Below, one piece after another: positions 30,969-41,007 of a stretch of 64,000 nucleotides of DNA; within the stretch, counting starts at the first letter, position 1, and every line of letters begins with the position of its first letter. The stretch is from a virus, in the IMG/VR virus record IMGVR_UViG_3300009159_000056, positions 19,992-83,991 of that record; one strand, written 5' to 3'. Both the position numbers and the translations under genes were made by a program. The notes under the pieces are model-generated. The model ran no database searches. It had not been told where the DNA came from and saw nothing but the letters and a program-made list of their open reading frames with translations.

Positions 30969-32200
30969 GATACACCCTTTTCAAGATTACCCTTCAACAG
31001 CTCCATTACGCATGTATATCTTGGTCGTTCTCCAGCACCACCAATTTGATGGTGTATTCTAGAAACGAGGAACTTACCTGACAGTAAAGGATCCGTATCT
31101 TTATTACTCGTTGTGCTTACTTTGTTAGGGATGGCGGCGTCAACCATATCACCAGCTTTTAGATTAGCGTCACCATATACTTTAATCTTCATAGCGTTCT
31201 GCATTAATGCTGCAAGGAAAGCTTGCTGATCAGCTGTTTGTTCTGGGATAGTTGTCACTGGTCTTTGTGAAGTATCAACAGGTATTACTGCTTGTGGTGG
31301 GATCTTAGGATTAAAATATTTCGATTTAAATTCAGAAGAATCATAAGATCCAGTTCCACCAGTTTTATATTTGGTTGCATCCGTATCGATGTCTTTAGTT
31401 TTATAAGTATGTGTTCTCACATCAAATGAAGATACTCTTCTCTTACCGCCAGTTGCGATACGATCAGTTGCGGAAAACTGCTTGGGTACTTCATATGCTA
31501 GAATGTTATTATCTGTCTTGTTCATCATGCTACTGTTAACAGCGTCTGACTGTTGGAATTTTTTTACGACTTCACCATTGAATAATTTCTCGATAGTAGT
31601 GAACTTAAACTTCTGATTACCACCTGATCTGGTTTCGAAAAATACGAAGCTAGAAGATTTATTCTCATTAGAAATACCACGGCGTCTCACTACATCAGTA
31701 GCCTTATATGGGTTTTGATGACTGATGATTATCTTCTGTTTACCCTTAGTTTCCTCTACTTCGATTTCTTTCTCACTCTTCATAAAGTTTTTATGGATAT
31801 CTTTTACCATATCAGAAATGGTAGAGTTAAAGCTTTTCTGGATGTAATTAGTTTTAGAATGAAGAGCTTCCTCTGACACTACCTTAAGAGTGTACATCTT
31901 AGATTTCTGTGAGCCAGAAGATTTAAGATCGTCGAGCGCATGTAGGGCGAACTTGTATTTCGCTGACTCTCCACCAGGAGCTTTAAATGATAACTCAACA
32001 GTTTCGTCGCCAGTCATTTTTAATTGGCCAAGCTGATCGTCCGTATCAAGAACAACAATATCGCCTATGATACCAGGAGTGAAGATACTCTCGAATATAG
32101 AAGCTGAAACAAATGATGATGCAAGATTCAGTTTACCTCGTGATGAGGTGACTGAGAATGAGTCAATGATAATATCACCTGGATTATAACCTTCAGCCAT
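30965..32200 (-). CDS. Baseplate hub protein (gp27/GpD-like)
   Basis: SIFESIF...G.I...D; FVFFET; IKVYGDANLKAGD...LSGKFLVSRIHH. Confidence 0.7.
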   Translation of the reverse strand: MAEGYNPGDIIIDSFSVTSSRGKLNLASSFVSASIFESIFTPGIIGDIVVLDTDDQLGQLKMTGDETVELSFKAPGGESAKYKFALHALDDLKSSGSQKSKMYTLKVVSEEALHSKTNYIQKSFNSTISDMVKDIHKNFMKSEKEIEVEETKGKQKIIISHQNPYKATDVVRRRGISNENKSSSFVFFETRSGGNQKFKFTTIEKLFNGEVVKKFQQSDAVNSSMMNKTDNNILAYEVPKQFSATDRIATGGKRRVSSFDVRTHTYKTKDIDTDATKYKTGGTGSYDSSEFKSKYFNPKIPPQAVIPVDTSQRPVTTIPEQTADQQAFLAALMQNAMKIKVYGDANLKAGDMVDAAIPNKVSTTSNKDTDPLLSGKFLVSRIHHQIGGAGERPRYTCVMELLKGNLEKGVS

Positions 32201-32203
32201 TTA

Positions 32204-33112
32204 TTACTTCAACAACCTTGTTAATTCGTTGGAAACTCTCATAGAATATGAACTGTCAAGAACGTTTATAGATCTCTTTTGTTCGTTCTTTTCTTTCTCA
32301 TAATCATAAATCGATACTGCACTCCAGTAGATATTCTCATCAAGAGATATGTTATTCGCCACTACTTCAGTGGTAGCAAATCCTAATTGAGCGCCGCTTT
32401 CTCTACCCTTCATAATACTGTACACTTCAGAAATTTCTATTGTGCTATTAGCTAATGATATGCCAGAAATATGCTGTAGTGTCAAATATGTAGAGTTAGC
32501 TAAAAGGACCTGACCTTTGCCAGTATATTCTTCATTCTCATCAAAAATTATATCTACAATTTCGTTTGGTTTAAAATCTACGAACCCAGTACCGAACTCC
32601 GTAGCGACTGCATGATATTTTCTAACAGTATTAGTATTAATAACCCAATCCTGCTGTACTCTCTGATAACCTGCAGGGCTGCTGCTCATATGATAATATG
32701 GTTGCCAATATCTATGAACGTTGTTGGCTAGAACACCATATTCAGAAACCGATATTTTCTCTTCGTTCTCGTACCAGTTATTTCTGTAAAACATAGTTTT
32801 AGATTGAAGATCATAGATATTTGTGTTGTACTTTTTGATTATGACGTTATGGAAATCTCTTTCGCTAAGATACCAATCAGTATATGGATCTGTTACCTTG
32901 TTGCCAAGATATAAAACCCAATCCATATACTGGTCGTTGTAATATCTATCAGCTAGCTGATCTGGGCGCTCGTCCTCTGACAAATCATACTTATAAAACA
33001 GGTATGGGTTTTTAAATGCATCCTGTGTTACAATTGCTCTTTCTGTTATGTTAAGAACCAGAGCATCATTGTAAGTAATGAGGGGGAATTTAGCGAAATA
33101 TTTCTCAGCCAA
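32204..33112 (-). CDS. Baseplate wedge subunit gp53
   Basis: YFAKFPLITY...ERPDQLADRYY...WVL...DPYTDW; YDYEKEKNEQKRSI. Confidence 0.85.
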   Translation of the reverse strand: MAEKYFAKFPLITYNDALVLNITERAIVTQDAFKNPYLFYKYDLSEDERPDQLADRYYNDQYMDWVLYLGNKVTDPYTDWYLSERDFHNVIIKKYNTNIYDLQSKTMFYRNNWYENEEKISVSEYGVLANNVHRYWQPYYHMSSSPAGYQRVQQDWVINTNTVRKYHAVATEFGTGFVDFKPNEIVDIIFDENEEYTGKGQVLLANSTYLTLQHISGISLANSTIEISEVYSIMKGRESGAQLGFATTEVVANNISLDENIYWSAVSIYDYEKEKNEQKRSINVLDSSYSMRVSNELTRLLK

Positions 33113-34061
33113 ACAAAGCTCCTTTCGAACGTAAAGAATTATTTTCCATATCTTCTTTTAACCAGTATTCAATTTCAAGGAAGTTAATGTTAATTTGAAC
33201 TAGCGTAGGAGCATTAGTATTTTTAAAGAAAGATGGTTGTCCACCAACAGCAAAATTCACATCAAGTGATTCTATAACGCATGGTTTAAATCGATATAGA
33301 AACGTCTCATCTGGATATAAATTAATGATTGCCATGTTTGGATATGTTAATAGAGTACCGCCAGCGTTTCCAGACATAGCAGGTAACATATTAGATCTCA
33401 GTGTGTCTATAATTTCTTTTACAGTATTAGATTCTTCTTCATTATTTGGTGCCAGTTTCCAAGAAAAACTGTGTTTCTTAAATGCAGGAGCTTGAAATAA
33501 TACTGTAAGGAATGGATTTTGAGCAAGACCACCAAGCTGGAGCGCCTGTGCAGGATCTATACCTGCAGCTGCCGTTAATCCTCTAGTAGCTTGAGCTACA
33601 ATTCCTGCAGCGGCTCCACCAGCTGCTCCCATCGCTGCAGCGCCTATAGAACCACTACTACCCACACCGTTTCTACCTGCTAATCCGCCTTCAATAGCAG
33701 CGCCTACTGCTGCGTCAGAACCTACAGGTGCGTATTGCACCTGTGTATTGTCACGTAATTCTGTTGGTACAGGCAAACGAATACCACCAACTGCTGAAAG
33801 AAATGGCTGATTGAAAATAGAACGACGTTGATATTCGACAAACTGAATCGCTATATATGCATTACGATTAGCAGATGGGTCAACAAGATCCGCCGGAAAC
33901 ATCAAGTTACCTAGATACTTAGATTTTGATGTAGCTTCTGGTGTTTTTAAGAAGGCTAGTTTTGCAGCTCCTACGGCTGCTAAACCACCAACAATAACAG
34001 CTTGACCGAGGTCAGATTTTACAAATCTTCCACCTTTAACTAATGCAGAGGCGATTGTCAT
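33105..34061 (-). CDS. Baseplate tail tube cap gp48
   Basis: NPFLTVLFQAPAFKKHSFSWKLAPNNEEES; FKPCVIESLDVNF; INFLEIE. Confidence 0.8.
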   Translation of the reverse strand: MTIASALVKGGRFVKSDLGQAVIVGGLAAVGAAKLAFLKTPEATSKSKYLGNLMFPADLVDPSANRNAYIAIQFVEYQRRSIFNQPFLSAVGGIRLPVPTELRDNTQVQYAPVGSDAAVGAAIEGGLAGRNGVGSSGSIGAAAMGAAGGAAAGIVAQATRGLTAAAGIDPAQALQLGGLAQNPFLTVLFQAPAFKKHSFSWKLAPNNEEESNTVKEIIDTLRSNMLPAMSGNAGGTLLTYPNMAIINLYPDETFLYRFKPCVIESLDVNFAVGGQPSFFKNTNAPTLVQININFLEIEYWLKEDMENNSLRSKGALFG

Positions 34062-34071
34062 ATGTTTATCC

Positions 34072-34096
34072 TATAAATATCTTTTTACTATTTATG
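34072..34096. promoter_or_regulatory. Pair of T4-type late promoters in the divergent gp48/gp4 gap
   Basis: TATAAATA on + (34072-34079) before gp4; CATAAATA on - (34089-34096) before gp48. Confidence 0.7.
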
Positions 34097-34107
34097 ATTG
34101 GTGTAGG

Positions 34108-34566
34108 ATGGCATACAAAACATATCATGGTTATTTCAAACCAAAACATCCAGAAAAATACAAAGGCGACGCCAACAATATTATTTATCGTTCACGTTGG
34201 GAAAGTTTAGTTATGAGTAAGCTAGATGAGCATCCGGATGTTATTTGGTGGCAAAGCGAAGAAACTATTATCCCGTATAGATCTCCCGTAGATGGTAGGG
34301 TACATAGATATTTCCCTGATTTTCTTGTCAGGATGAAAGATGCTAATGGTAAATTTAAAACGATATTAATTGAAGTTAAACCATACGCTCAAACACAGCC
34401 GCCAATCATCAAAGAAGGTGCATCTAAACGAACCAAAAAATACATAACGGAAGTGTGTACGTATGGTATAAATAGTGCTAAGTGGAATGCAGCTCGAGAA
34501 TACTGCAAAGATAGGCAGTATGAGTTTATGATCATGACCGAAAGAGAATTAGGAATCAAATTTTAA
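34108..34566 (+). CDS. Head completion protein gp4 (TnsA-like nuclease fold)
   Basis: KPKHPEKYKGD..NIIYRSRWE...WQSEE..IPY.SP.DGRVHRYFPDF...LIEVKP...N.AKW.AA. Confidence 0.9.
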   Translation: MAYKTYHGYFKPKHPEKYKGDANNIIYRSRWESLVMSKLDEHPDVIWWQSEETIIPYRSPVDGRVHRYFPDFLVRMKDANGKFKTILIEVKPYAQTQPPIIKEGASKRTKKYITEVCTYGINSAKWNAAREYCKDRQYEFMIMTERELGIKF

Positions 34567-35174
34567 TGGCAGCTTACATATTTCAATCGTTAGCTAAGAA
34601 GGGTAAAGCCGAAGGCGTTACTCCTAACACGACAGCTGCAGCCAGAGCTTGGTACAGAAACGAAGCTTCCAAATTAGTTTCCAGAAACGTAAACAAGAAC
34701 CGTATGATGAACGATAAACAGAACATCGTTAATCAAATTACAGGTAATGATGTCGGTAAGATGTTTATGTTCTTCTATGATCCTAAGCATAAGGCGACGC
34801 TACCATACTACGATATCTTCCCAATGATATTTCCTATTGGGTTTCAAGAAGGCGGCTTCCTTGGTATCAATCTCCATTATCTTCCTCACTATCTAAGAGC
34901 TAGATTAATGGATGCTCTATACACTACAGCTAACAACAATAAATATGATGAAACGACAAAATTAAAACTATCATATGATATGCTTAATGGTGCTGCTCAG
35001 TTTGGACCATTTTCCGCTTGCCTCAAGAAGTATCTTTGGGATCATGTGCAGGGTAAATTCCTATACGTAGAGCCAACAAACTGGGACACAGCGTTGATGA
35101 TGCCACTTGAAAGATTCCAGAAAGCGCCAAACTACAAAGTGTTCGGCGATTCAATAGCAAAAATTAGAGGTTAG
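34566..35174 (+). CDS. DNA end protector protein gp2
   Basis: GKMFMFFYDPKHK.TLPYYDIFP...GFLGINLHYL...KKYL..HV. Confidence 0.9.
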   Translation: MAAYIFQSLAKKGKAEGVTPNTTAAARAWYRNEASKLVSRNVNKNRMMNDKQNIVNQITGNDVGKMFMFFYDPKHKATLPYYDIFPMIFPIGFQEGGFLGINLHYLPHYLRARLMDALYTTANNNKYDETTKLKLSYDMLNGAAQFGPFSACLKKYLWDHVQGKFLYVEPTNWDTALMMPLERFQKAPNYKVFGDSIAKIRG

Positions 35175-35177
35175 TAA

Positions 35178-35894
35178 ATGCCTGGATTTAACATCAACGC
35201 TTTCCAAACAGATATATCGAATCATGGTTATCTGCAAACTAATAAATTTATAGCTGCATTTAGTTCTCCCACATGCATGCAAGGTGAGACTATTGATGGT
35301 AGAAGCGCTATTGATACAGAAAGATTAATTCAAGTTAGAGCTGAATCAGTTAAGATTCCAGGAATCGCATTGTTACAAGCTGATATTAATAGATATGGTC
35401 AGGGTCCTACCCAAAAAATGCCATTCAATGCTCGTTTCACAGAAAATGCTATTACGTTTATTTCTGATCGAAACGGTCAGCTCTACAAATATTTCTATGT
35501 ATGGCTGAATAAGATATTCGATACTTCTGGTACTACAGGACAATCAAACCAAGGTGCATCATACGCAACAGAGTATAAAGACAACTACGCAACAGATTTG
35601 CATGTGTACATTTATGATAACGCTGGTAATCAGGTTAAAGAAATCGTTATGTACAAAGCTTACCCTGAATCTATGAACGATATTAACCTTAGCTGGAACG
35701 ATAACAGTCAGCTGTTGAAGGTAACAGTAAGTTTTACCTTTAGAGATTGGGCGATGATTGGTGTTTCGAATGCTAGAATCGGTACAGACACACAACCAGC
35801 TAGAACTAACAAAGTTACTACATTTGCTGGTCGTCAGGGCGGAGCAGTTACTCCTTCTTTAACATCATTAAACTCAAGAGTGAGACAACCTTAA
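35178..35894 (+). CDS. Tail tube initiator/tail tube-like protein (gp54/gp19 family)
   Basis: AESVKIPG...YKDNY...AYPESMNDINLSW...VSFTFRDW. Confidence 0.75.
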   Translation: MPGFNINAFQTDISNHGYLQTNKFIAAFSSPTCMQGETIDGRSAIDTERLIQVRAESVKIPGIALLQADINRYGQGPTQKMPFNARFTENAITFISDRNGQLYKYFYVWLNKIFDTSGTTGQSNQGASYATEYKDNYATDLHVYIYDNAGNQVKEIVMYKAYPESMNDINLSWNDNSQLLKVTVSFTFRDWAMIGVSNARIGTDTQPARTNKVTTFAGRQGGAVTPSLTSLNSRVRQP

Positions 35895-35912
35895 TTATAA
35901 CTGGAGAATATT

Positions 35913-36620
35913 ATGTCTTTACCTAAAATTGAACATCCTATTTTTAAAATCAAAGTTCCATCTACTAAGAAAGAAATTAGATTTCGACCATTCCTCGTTA
36001 AGGAAGAGAAGATCCTTCTTATTGCTAAGACGAGCGAACAAGAAAACGATATTCTTTTAGCGATTAAGCAGGTCGTCAATAATTGCGCAATAGATGATAT
36101 TGACGTTGATAAGCTAGCCCTGTTTGATGTTGAATATTTGTTCTTGAAGATCAGAGCACAATCAATCAACAATATAATTAATGTTACATACAGAGATAAC
36201 GAAGACGGAACCGATTATGATTTTGATATTGATCTAAATGATGTTATTGTTAAATTTCCATTAGAACAAGAGAAAACTATAAAGTTGTCAGGAAAAGCTG
36301 GCTTGATAATGAAGTATCCTGAAGCTAGTTTGTATGAAGACAAAGAGTTTTTAAATTCTGGTGAAGAAGTGTTCTACCAATTGGTATTACGCTGCATCGA
36401 AAAGTTCTATGATGAAGAAACAGTTTACGATGTGAAAAACTATACGTTGCAAGAAGTATCAGAATTCGTTGATAATTTAGATGTGAAGAGTTTTGATAAG
36501 GTACGAGACTTCATTGTCAATCAACCAAAACTAAACTACATTATCGAATACACCAACAAGATGAAAAACAAGAGAAAGATCGAGCTTACTACGTTAACAG
36601 ATTTTTTTACATTGCGCTGA
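35913..36620 (+). CDS. Baseplate hub assembly protein gp26
   Basis: MSLPKI..P...PST.KEIRFRPFLVKEEKILLIA...FDVEYLFLKIRAQS; MKYP; ends LTDFFTLR. Confidence 0.9.
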   Translation: MSLPKIEHPIFKIKVPSTKKEIRFRPFLVKEEKILLIAKTSEQENDILLAIKQVVNNCAIDDIDVDKLALFDVEYLFLKIRAQSINNIINVTYRDNEDGTDYDFDIDLNDVIVKFPLEQEKTIKLSGKAGLIMKYPEASLYEDKEFLNSGEEVFYQLVLRCIEKFYDEETVYDVKNYTLQEVSEFVDNLDVKSFDKVRDFIVNQPKLNYIIEYTNKMKNKRKIELTTLTDFFTLR

Positions 36621-36793
36621 GTCACAATACTCTAGAGAATTATTATACAACTAATTTTTCTTTGATTCAGCACCATAAATATTCTATAAGTGATATTGAA
36701 AATCTTTTGCCATTCGAGCGTGACATTTATGTTGAAATGTTAATGAATCATCTCAAAGAACTAGAAGAACAAAAGAGAAATCAAAATGGCTAA
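36602..36793 (+). CDS. gp51-like baseplate hub assembly protein, no N-terminal ATG, probably reached by -1 frameshift from gp26
   Basis: -1 frame reads FFYIALSHNTLENYYTTNFSLIQHHKYSISDIENLLPFERDIYVEMLMNHLKELEEQKRNQNG*; not in the ORF track. Confidence 0.8.
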   Translation, partial: FFYIALSHNTLENYYTTNFSLIQHHKYSISDIENLLPFERDIYVEMLMNHLKELEEQKRNQNG

Positions 36794-37256
36794 ATTCGGC
36801 AAATCGATAATGAGCGATGATATGGTGGAGATTTCGGTTTCTCCACCATTTAACTCACAACCTCAACCAACACCAGTAGCAGCTGCCCCTACAACAGCTG
36901 TTCCTCCGCCACCGCCTCCTCCTCCACCACAACAAACAGCAAGTTATAGTAGTTCTTCCTCTGTAGAATTTACTCCTATGAGTCCGGAGAAGGCAGAAGA
37001 AAGCTGGGTTAAATCTATGTGGAGACCAGCAATGGGTTGGCTCTACATGCTTATCTGTTTGATGGATTTCGTTATCTTTCCTGCAATCGCGATGTTCTTA
37101 CCAGTTATGCTTAAAGGTATTGGTATCACGATGCAATATGCAGCTTGGCAAAGCTTAACATTATCTAATGGTGGATTAATTCACATGGCGTTTGGTGCCA
37201 TCCTTGGTGTTGCTGCTTACGGTAGAACCCAAGAGAAAGTAGCGAGCAAACAATAA
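36786..37256 (+). CDS. Holin, GTA-type 3TM family, with Pro-rich N-terminal extension
   Basis: WRPAMGWLY..IC..DF..FP; hydrophobic segments; GAILGVAAYGRTQEK. Confidence 0.7.
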   Translation: MAKFGKSIMSDDMVEISVSPPFNSQPQPTPVAAAPTTAVPPPPPPPPPQQTASYSSSSSVEFTPMSPEKAEESWVKSMWRPAMGWLYMLICLMDFVIFPAIAMFLPVMLKGIGITMQYAAWQSLTLSNGGLIHMAFGAILGVAAYGRTQEKVASKQ

Positions 37257-40075
37257 TGGCTAAAAAAGGCGAACGTGTTGGTGCTATGGGGGATACTGTA
37301 TATTACAGAACCCCCGACGGTCAAATAATTGACGATGCAGGTAATGTCCTTAAAGGACCAATGGCCAAGATGCTTGCCGATGAATACGAATCAAAACAAC
37401 AAGAGAAAGCTAAAGCACAAGCGGAAGCTAAAGCTGCAGCTGAAGAAGATAAAAGAAAGAAAGCTGCTGAGAAATCAGCTGAGATAGCACGTAAGTCCGC
37501 AGAAAGACAAGCGGCTTCTGATGCGAAACGACAGCAAGCTGATGAAGAAAGAGCACAGAAGGCTGCTGAGAGAGAAGCTACACAAAAAACACAACAGCCA
37601 AAACAACCTGCTGCAGCACCAAGACAACCTTCTGCTCCTAGACAAGCAGCGCCAAAACAACCTGCAGCTGCTGCTCCGGAGCCTACTGATGGTCAAACAA
37701 TTAAAAATGCATTTAAAAATGCAGCTATTTCTGTAGGTAAATCTGCATTTAAATCTGCATTTCCAACATTATCAGGCGCTATTAATCGACCAGATCCAGT
37801 TCAAGGCAACAGTAGTGCAGAAGACATTAATGCAGGTGGCGCTAGACAAGCAATCAACAGAGTTGCTGATAGTGTAAACACAACTAATATGATGATGCAA
37901 ACTTCTATCGCACGTCAGGAAATGACTAATCAAATTCTTCAAGAGATATTGAAAGAAGTTCAGGTAATACGTCAATCTACCGCTAGTAGTGGTATTCTAG
38001 ATGCTCTTAGCAATTTAATACCAGGAGTTGGTGGAGGTGGTGTTAAAGGTAAACCTGCTCCTGGTAAAGTAACACCGAAAACTAGCATGCTTGGTAAAGC
38101 TGGTAATGTTATGCGTGGCGTTGCTGGTCGTGCAGGAGGAGCATTACTTGGTGGTGCATTCCAAGCATATGATGAGTATCAAGAATCTGGCGATGCTACA
38201 CGAGCAGCTTCCGCTGGCGCTGGTGGAGCCGTAGGTGGTGGATTGGGAGCATGGGGAGGAGCTGCAGCGGGTGGTGCTATCGGCGCTCTTGGTGGTCCTC
38301 TAGCGCCTGTTACTGTACCTCTTGGTATGTTAATTGGTGGTATTGCTGGTGGTATAGGTGGCAGTATGCTTGGTGGTAAAGCTGGTAAGGCTACATATGA
38401 TGCTGTAACTAAACCATCAGTACCTCCACCTCCAGCTGTAGGAGAACCAAAGGCTAGTATTTCTATTAAAGAAGCTCAAAATGCAGCAAAGCAAGAACCA
38501 GAACCAGAAGAAGAAAATCCATTAGATGCTATTGTTAATGTAAAAACATTAACATTTAATGCGGATAGTATTATTTTTAATGCTAAAAATCAACAAGCTG
38601 CTTCGCCTACAGCTGCACCAACATCGACGGCTACACCAGAAGTTAAAGCAGCTGGGGCAATTATAGCAGCTGGTTCTGGTAGCAGACCATCGCCTAGTTC
38701 GCAAGGAATTTCTGGTCCTACTCAGTCAGGATCTATTAGAGAAGCGTTAGCATCAGCACAAACACCAAGCCTATCTGGCTTCGGTACAAGTCAAATTAAT
38801 GCTGCTCGAGCCAATGCTGCAACATCGCCGTTTAGTGTTACTCCAGGAGCTATGAGTGCTGGCCCTCAATCTGCATCGTTAGGTGGCGCTGGAGGCGCTG
38901 GTGTTGGTGGTGCATCTGATGCATCAGCTGTTCAATTAGCTTCTACGATGGTTGGTAAAAATAGAGTACAATCATTAGATTATTTAAAAGCTGGTGGATT
39001 CAATAACACAGGAGAAGCATGGTGTGCTGAGTTTGTTAATTCTACATTGAAACAAACTGGTGGTACCGGTACTGGTGATAAAATTGCAAATAGTTTTCAA
39101 AAGTGGGGAACTTCTATAGATCCTACAAAGGTTCAAGCTGGTGATGTTGTCCTTCAAACAAAAGGTAATGGACCTGGTCAAGTTGGTGGACATGTCGGTA
39201 TAGCAACTGGTGTGTATCAGCATGGACAAATTGAAATGATTGCTGGTAACAGTGGTAAAGCTGGATCTGTTCGAAAATATTTCGTGCCTATTAATGGACA
39301 ATTGCAGGTGCGAAGAGGTTCTGGTGGTTCTGGTAATAATCCAAAGGTAGCAGATGCAACAAAAAATCCTTCTGCAGGAAATGCTGCTGGCGCTGCTACA
39401 GCAGGAGCTTCTGATCCTAAGAAAGCAGAAGCTGCAGCAACTCCTGGTGCAAAACAAACAGCAGCTGCTGGTGGATGGAGCGACGCTGCTAAAACATCTG
39501 CAGAAAAAACACCATCTGCTGCTGGTGATCCTACTTCAAGAAGATTTGACGCAGAAGGTAATAAACTCGATCCCGCTCCTGGTGGAGGAATAAAAAGATT
39601 CGATCCAACAACAGGTAAATTTGAAGAGCCTTCTAAACCAGATAACAGCGATCCTTATCTTAGAAAAATAAAGCCGAAGGGTATGGCGGAAGGTTTAACA
39701 GACGCTGCAATTAAAAGAGCTAAAGAATCAGCAGCACAAGCAGCTGAAATTGTTGGCCCTAAAACATTTAATGTAGGAACTGGTAGATGGGAAGCTTATG
39801 AATTAGCTAAACAGCCAAGCTATGAACCTGCAAAAATATCTGAACCAAAACCAATCACAAAAGGTGCAGAGTTAAATAGGGCTTCTACTCAAGATATAGT
39901 CGACGATAGATCAGCTAAGACAGGCATCACTGTCAATCAACAAAGTAGCGCTACGCCTCCAATTAATAACAGTAGTAAAGGAAATAGCGACAGTACTAGC
40001 GTTGGAATGGTAGAACCTGTTGATGCTAGAACAAGATTAAAAGATTTGTTTGGTATCAGCACTATGGCTGCATAA
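37256..40075 (+). CDS. Tape-measure-like tail protein with TIGR02594/CHAP-like peptidoglycan peptidase domain
   Basis: Ala/Gly/Lys-rich with coiled coil and Gly-zipper; AWCAEFVN...GDVV...GHVGI...IAGN; follows gp26/gp51. Confidence 0.65.
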   Translation: MAKKGERVGAMGDTVYYRTPDGQIIDDAGNVLKGPMAKMLADEYESKQQEKAKAQAEAKAAAEEDKRKKAAEKSAEIARKSAERQAASDAKRQQADEERAQKAAEREATQKTQQPKQPAAAPRQPSAPRQAAPKQPAAAAPEPTDGQTIKNAFKNAAISVGKSAFKSAFPTLSGAINRPDPVQGNSSAEDINAGGARQAINRVADSVNTTNMMMQTSIARQEMTNQILQEILKEVQVIRQSTASSGILDALSNLIPGVGGGGVKGKPAPGKVTPKTSMLGKAGNVMRGVAGRAGGALLGGAFQAYDEYQESGDATRAASAGAGGAVGGGLGAWGGAAAGGAIGALGGPLAPVTVPLGMLIGGIAGGIGGSMLGGKAGKATYDAVTKPSVPPPPAVGEPKASISIKEAQNAAKQEPEPEEENPLDAIVNVKTLTFNADSIIFNAKNQQAASPTAAPTSTATPEVKAAGAIIAAGSGSRPSPSSQGISGPTQSGSIREALASAQTPSLSGFGTSQINAARANAATSPFSVTPGAMSAGPQSASLGGAGGAGVGGASDASAVQLASTMVGKNRVQSLDYLKAGGFNNTGEAWCAEFVNSTLKQTGGTGTGDKIANSFQKWGTSIDPTKVQAGDVVLQTKGNGPGQVGGHVGIATGVYQHGQIEMIAGNSGKAGSVRKYFVPINGQLQVRRGSGGSGNNPKVADATKNPSAGNAAGAATAGASDPKKAEAAATPGAKQTAAAGGWSDAAKTSAEKTPSAAGDPTSRRFDAEGNKLDPAPGGGIKRFDPTTGKFEEPSKPDNSDPYLRKIKPKGMAEGLTDAAIKRAKESAAQAAEIVGPKTFNVGTGRWEAYELAKQPSYEPAKISEPKPITKGAELNRASTQDIVDDRSAKTGITVNQQSSATPPINNSSKGNSDSTSVGMVEPVDARTRLKDLFGISTMAA

Positions 40076-40077
40076 TG

Positions 40078-40101
40078 AAAAGGGGAGCCGAAGCTCCCCT
40101 A
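40078..40101. terminator. Intrinsic terminator between convergent genes
   Basis: AGGGGAGC-CGAA-GCTCCCCT; UUCG loop and U-tract on the minus strand. Confidence 0.85.
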
Positions 40102-40104
40102 ATC

Positions 40105-41007
40105 TTATTCAGCAAGCTTCTTGAAGAATTCCAACGACTCATCGTCATCGTCTTCAGCAATATGCTTAGGTGCTTCCATCGCCTTCTGCTTGAAAACAGG
40201 CGTTTCCTCCCAAGGAATGTTTTCTGCAGTAGAGGCGCTCGAGCGAGCAGCTGCTGCTGACCCAGTAGCAAGAACCTTAACCAACTTACCCTTCAAGTCA
40301 TCGTAAGACTTATAGTTAGAAGGAGCAATAAACTCCTGAAGAGAATGAGCCTTCTTCCAAATTGCTTCCATCTCAGAGTCATCATCAAGCATAGGACCAG
40401 GCTTCGCGAACTCTGACTTATCATAATTGCGATAGCCTTCGACATTACGAATCTTAAGCTTGAAGTTAGCACCAGCCCAAAGATCGAATGGGTTCATAGC
40501 GTCTTCATCAACAAACTGAGGATTCATAGCCTCGTTGAGCTTATCGAAGATCTTCTTGCCATACTTGAACAAGAACACCTTGCCTTCGTTCTCAGGATTC
40601 TGCTGGTCGGTGACCACAAGAACATTAGAGATGAATGAAAGCTTACGCTTACGCTCAGAAGCGATCTTCTTATCTGACTCGATACCACTGTTCCAAAGTT
40701 CAGTGTTCTGCTCGCAAACAGGGCACTTATGACCAATGGTTGTGGGGCAGTTCTCAATCAACCAAGAGCCAGTCGGACCCTTGAAACCGTGATTGAATGA
40801 ACGGATGAACGGAACATCTTCATCACCAGGAGCAGGAAGGAAACGGATAACAGCGTAACCATTACCAGCCTTGTCGACATTAGGATACCAAAGACGGTCG
40901 TCCTTAGAATTGTCGAACTGATTGCCTGTGAGTTTCGAAAGTTCAGCGGTAAGCGATTCGAGGGACTTCTTACCTGAGTTAGCCTTAAGCTTTGCAAAAT
41001 CTACCAT
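40105..41007 (-). CDS. Single-stranded DNA-binding protein gp32
   Basis: DKAGNGYAVIRFLPAP...HGFKGP.G.W.IENC.TT...CPVCE...LFKYGKKIFDK...PFDLW.GANFKLKIR..EGYRNYDKSEF; acidic tail; start corrected to MVDFAKLK. Confidence 0.95.
   Translation of the reverse strand: MVDFAKLKANSGKKSLESLTAELSKLTGNQFDNSKDDRLWYPNVDKAGNGYAVIRFLPAPGDEDVPFIRSFNHGFKGPTGSWLIENCPTTIGHKCPVCEQNTELWNSGIESDKKIASERKRKLSFISNVLVVTDQQNPENEGKVFLFKYGKKIFDKLNEAMNPQFVDEDAMNPFDLWAGANFKLKIRNVEGYRNYDKSEFAKPGPMLDDDSEMEAIWKKAHSLQEFIAPSNYKSYDDLKGKLVKVLATGSAAAARSSASTAENIPWEETPVFKQKAMEAPKHIAEDDDDESLEFFKKLAE

Noticed and set aside
34108-34566. TnsA-like transposase
   Set aside because: Motifs and position next to gp2 identify T4 gp4; no other transposon genes or ends are present.
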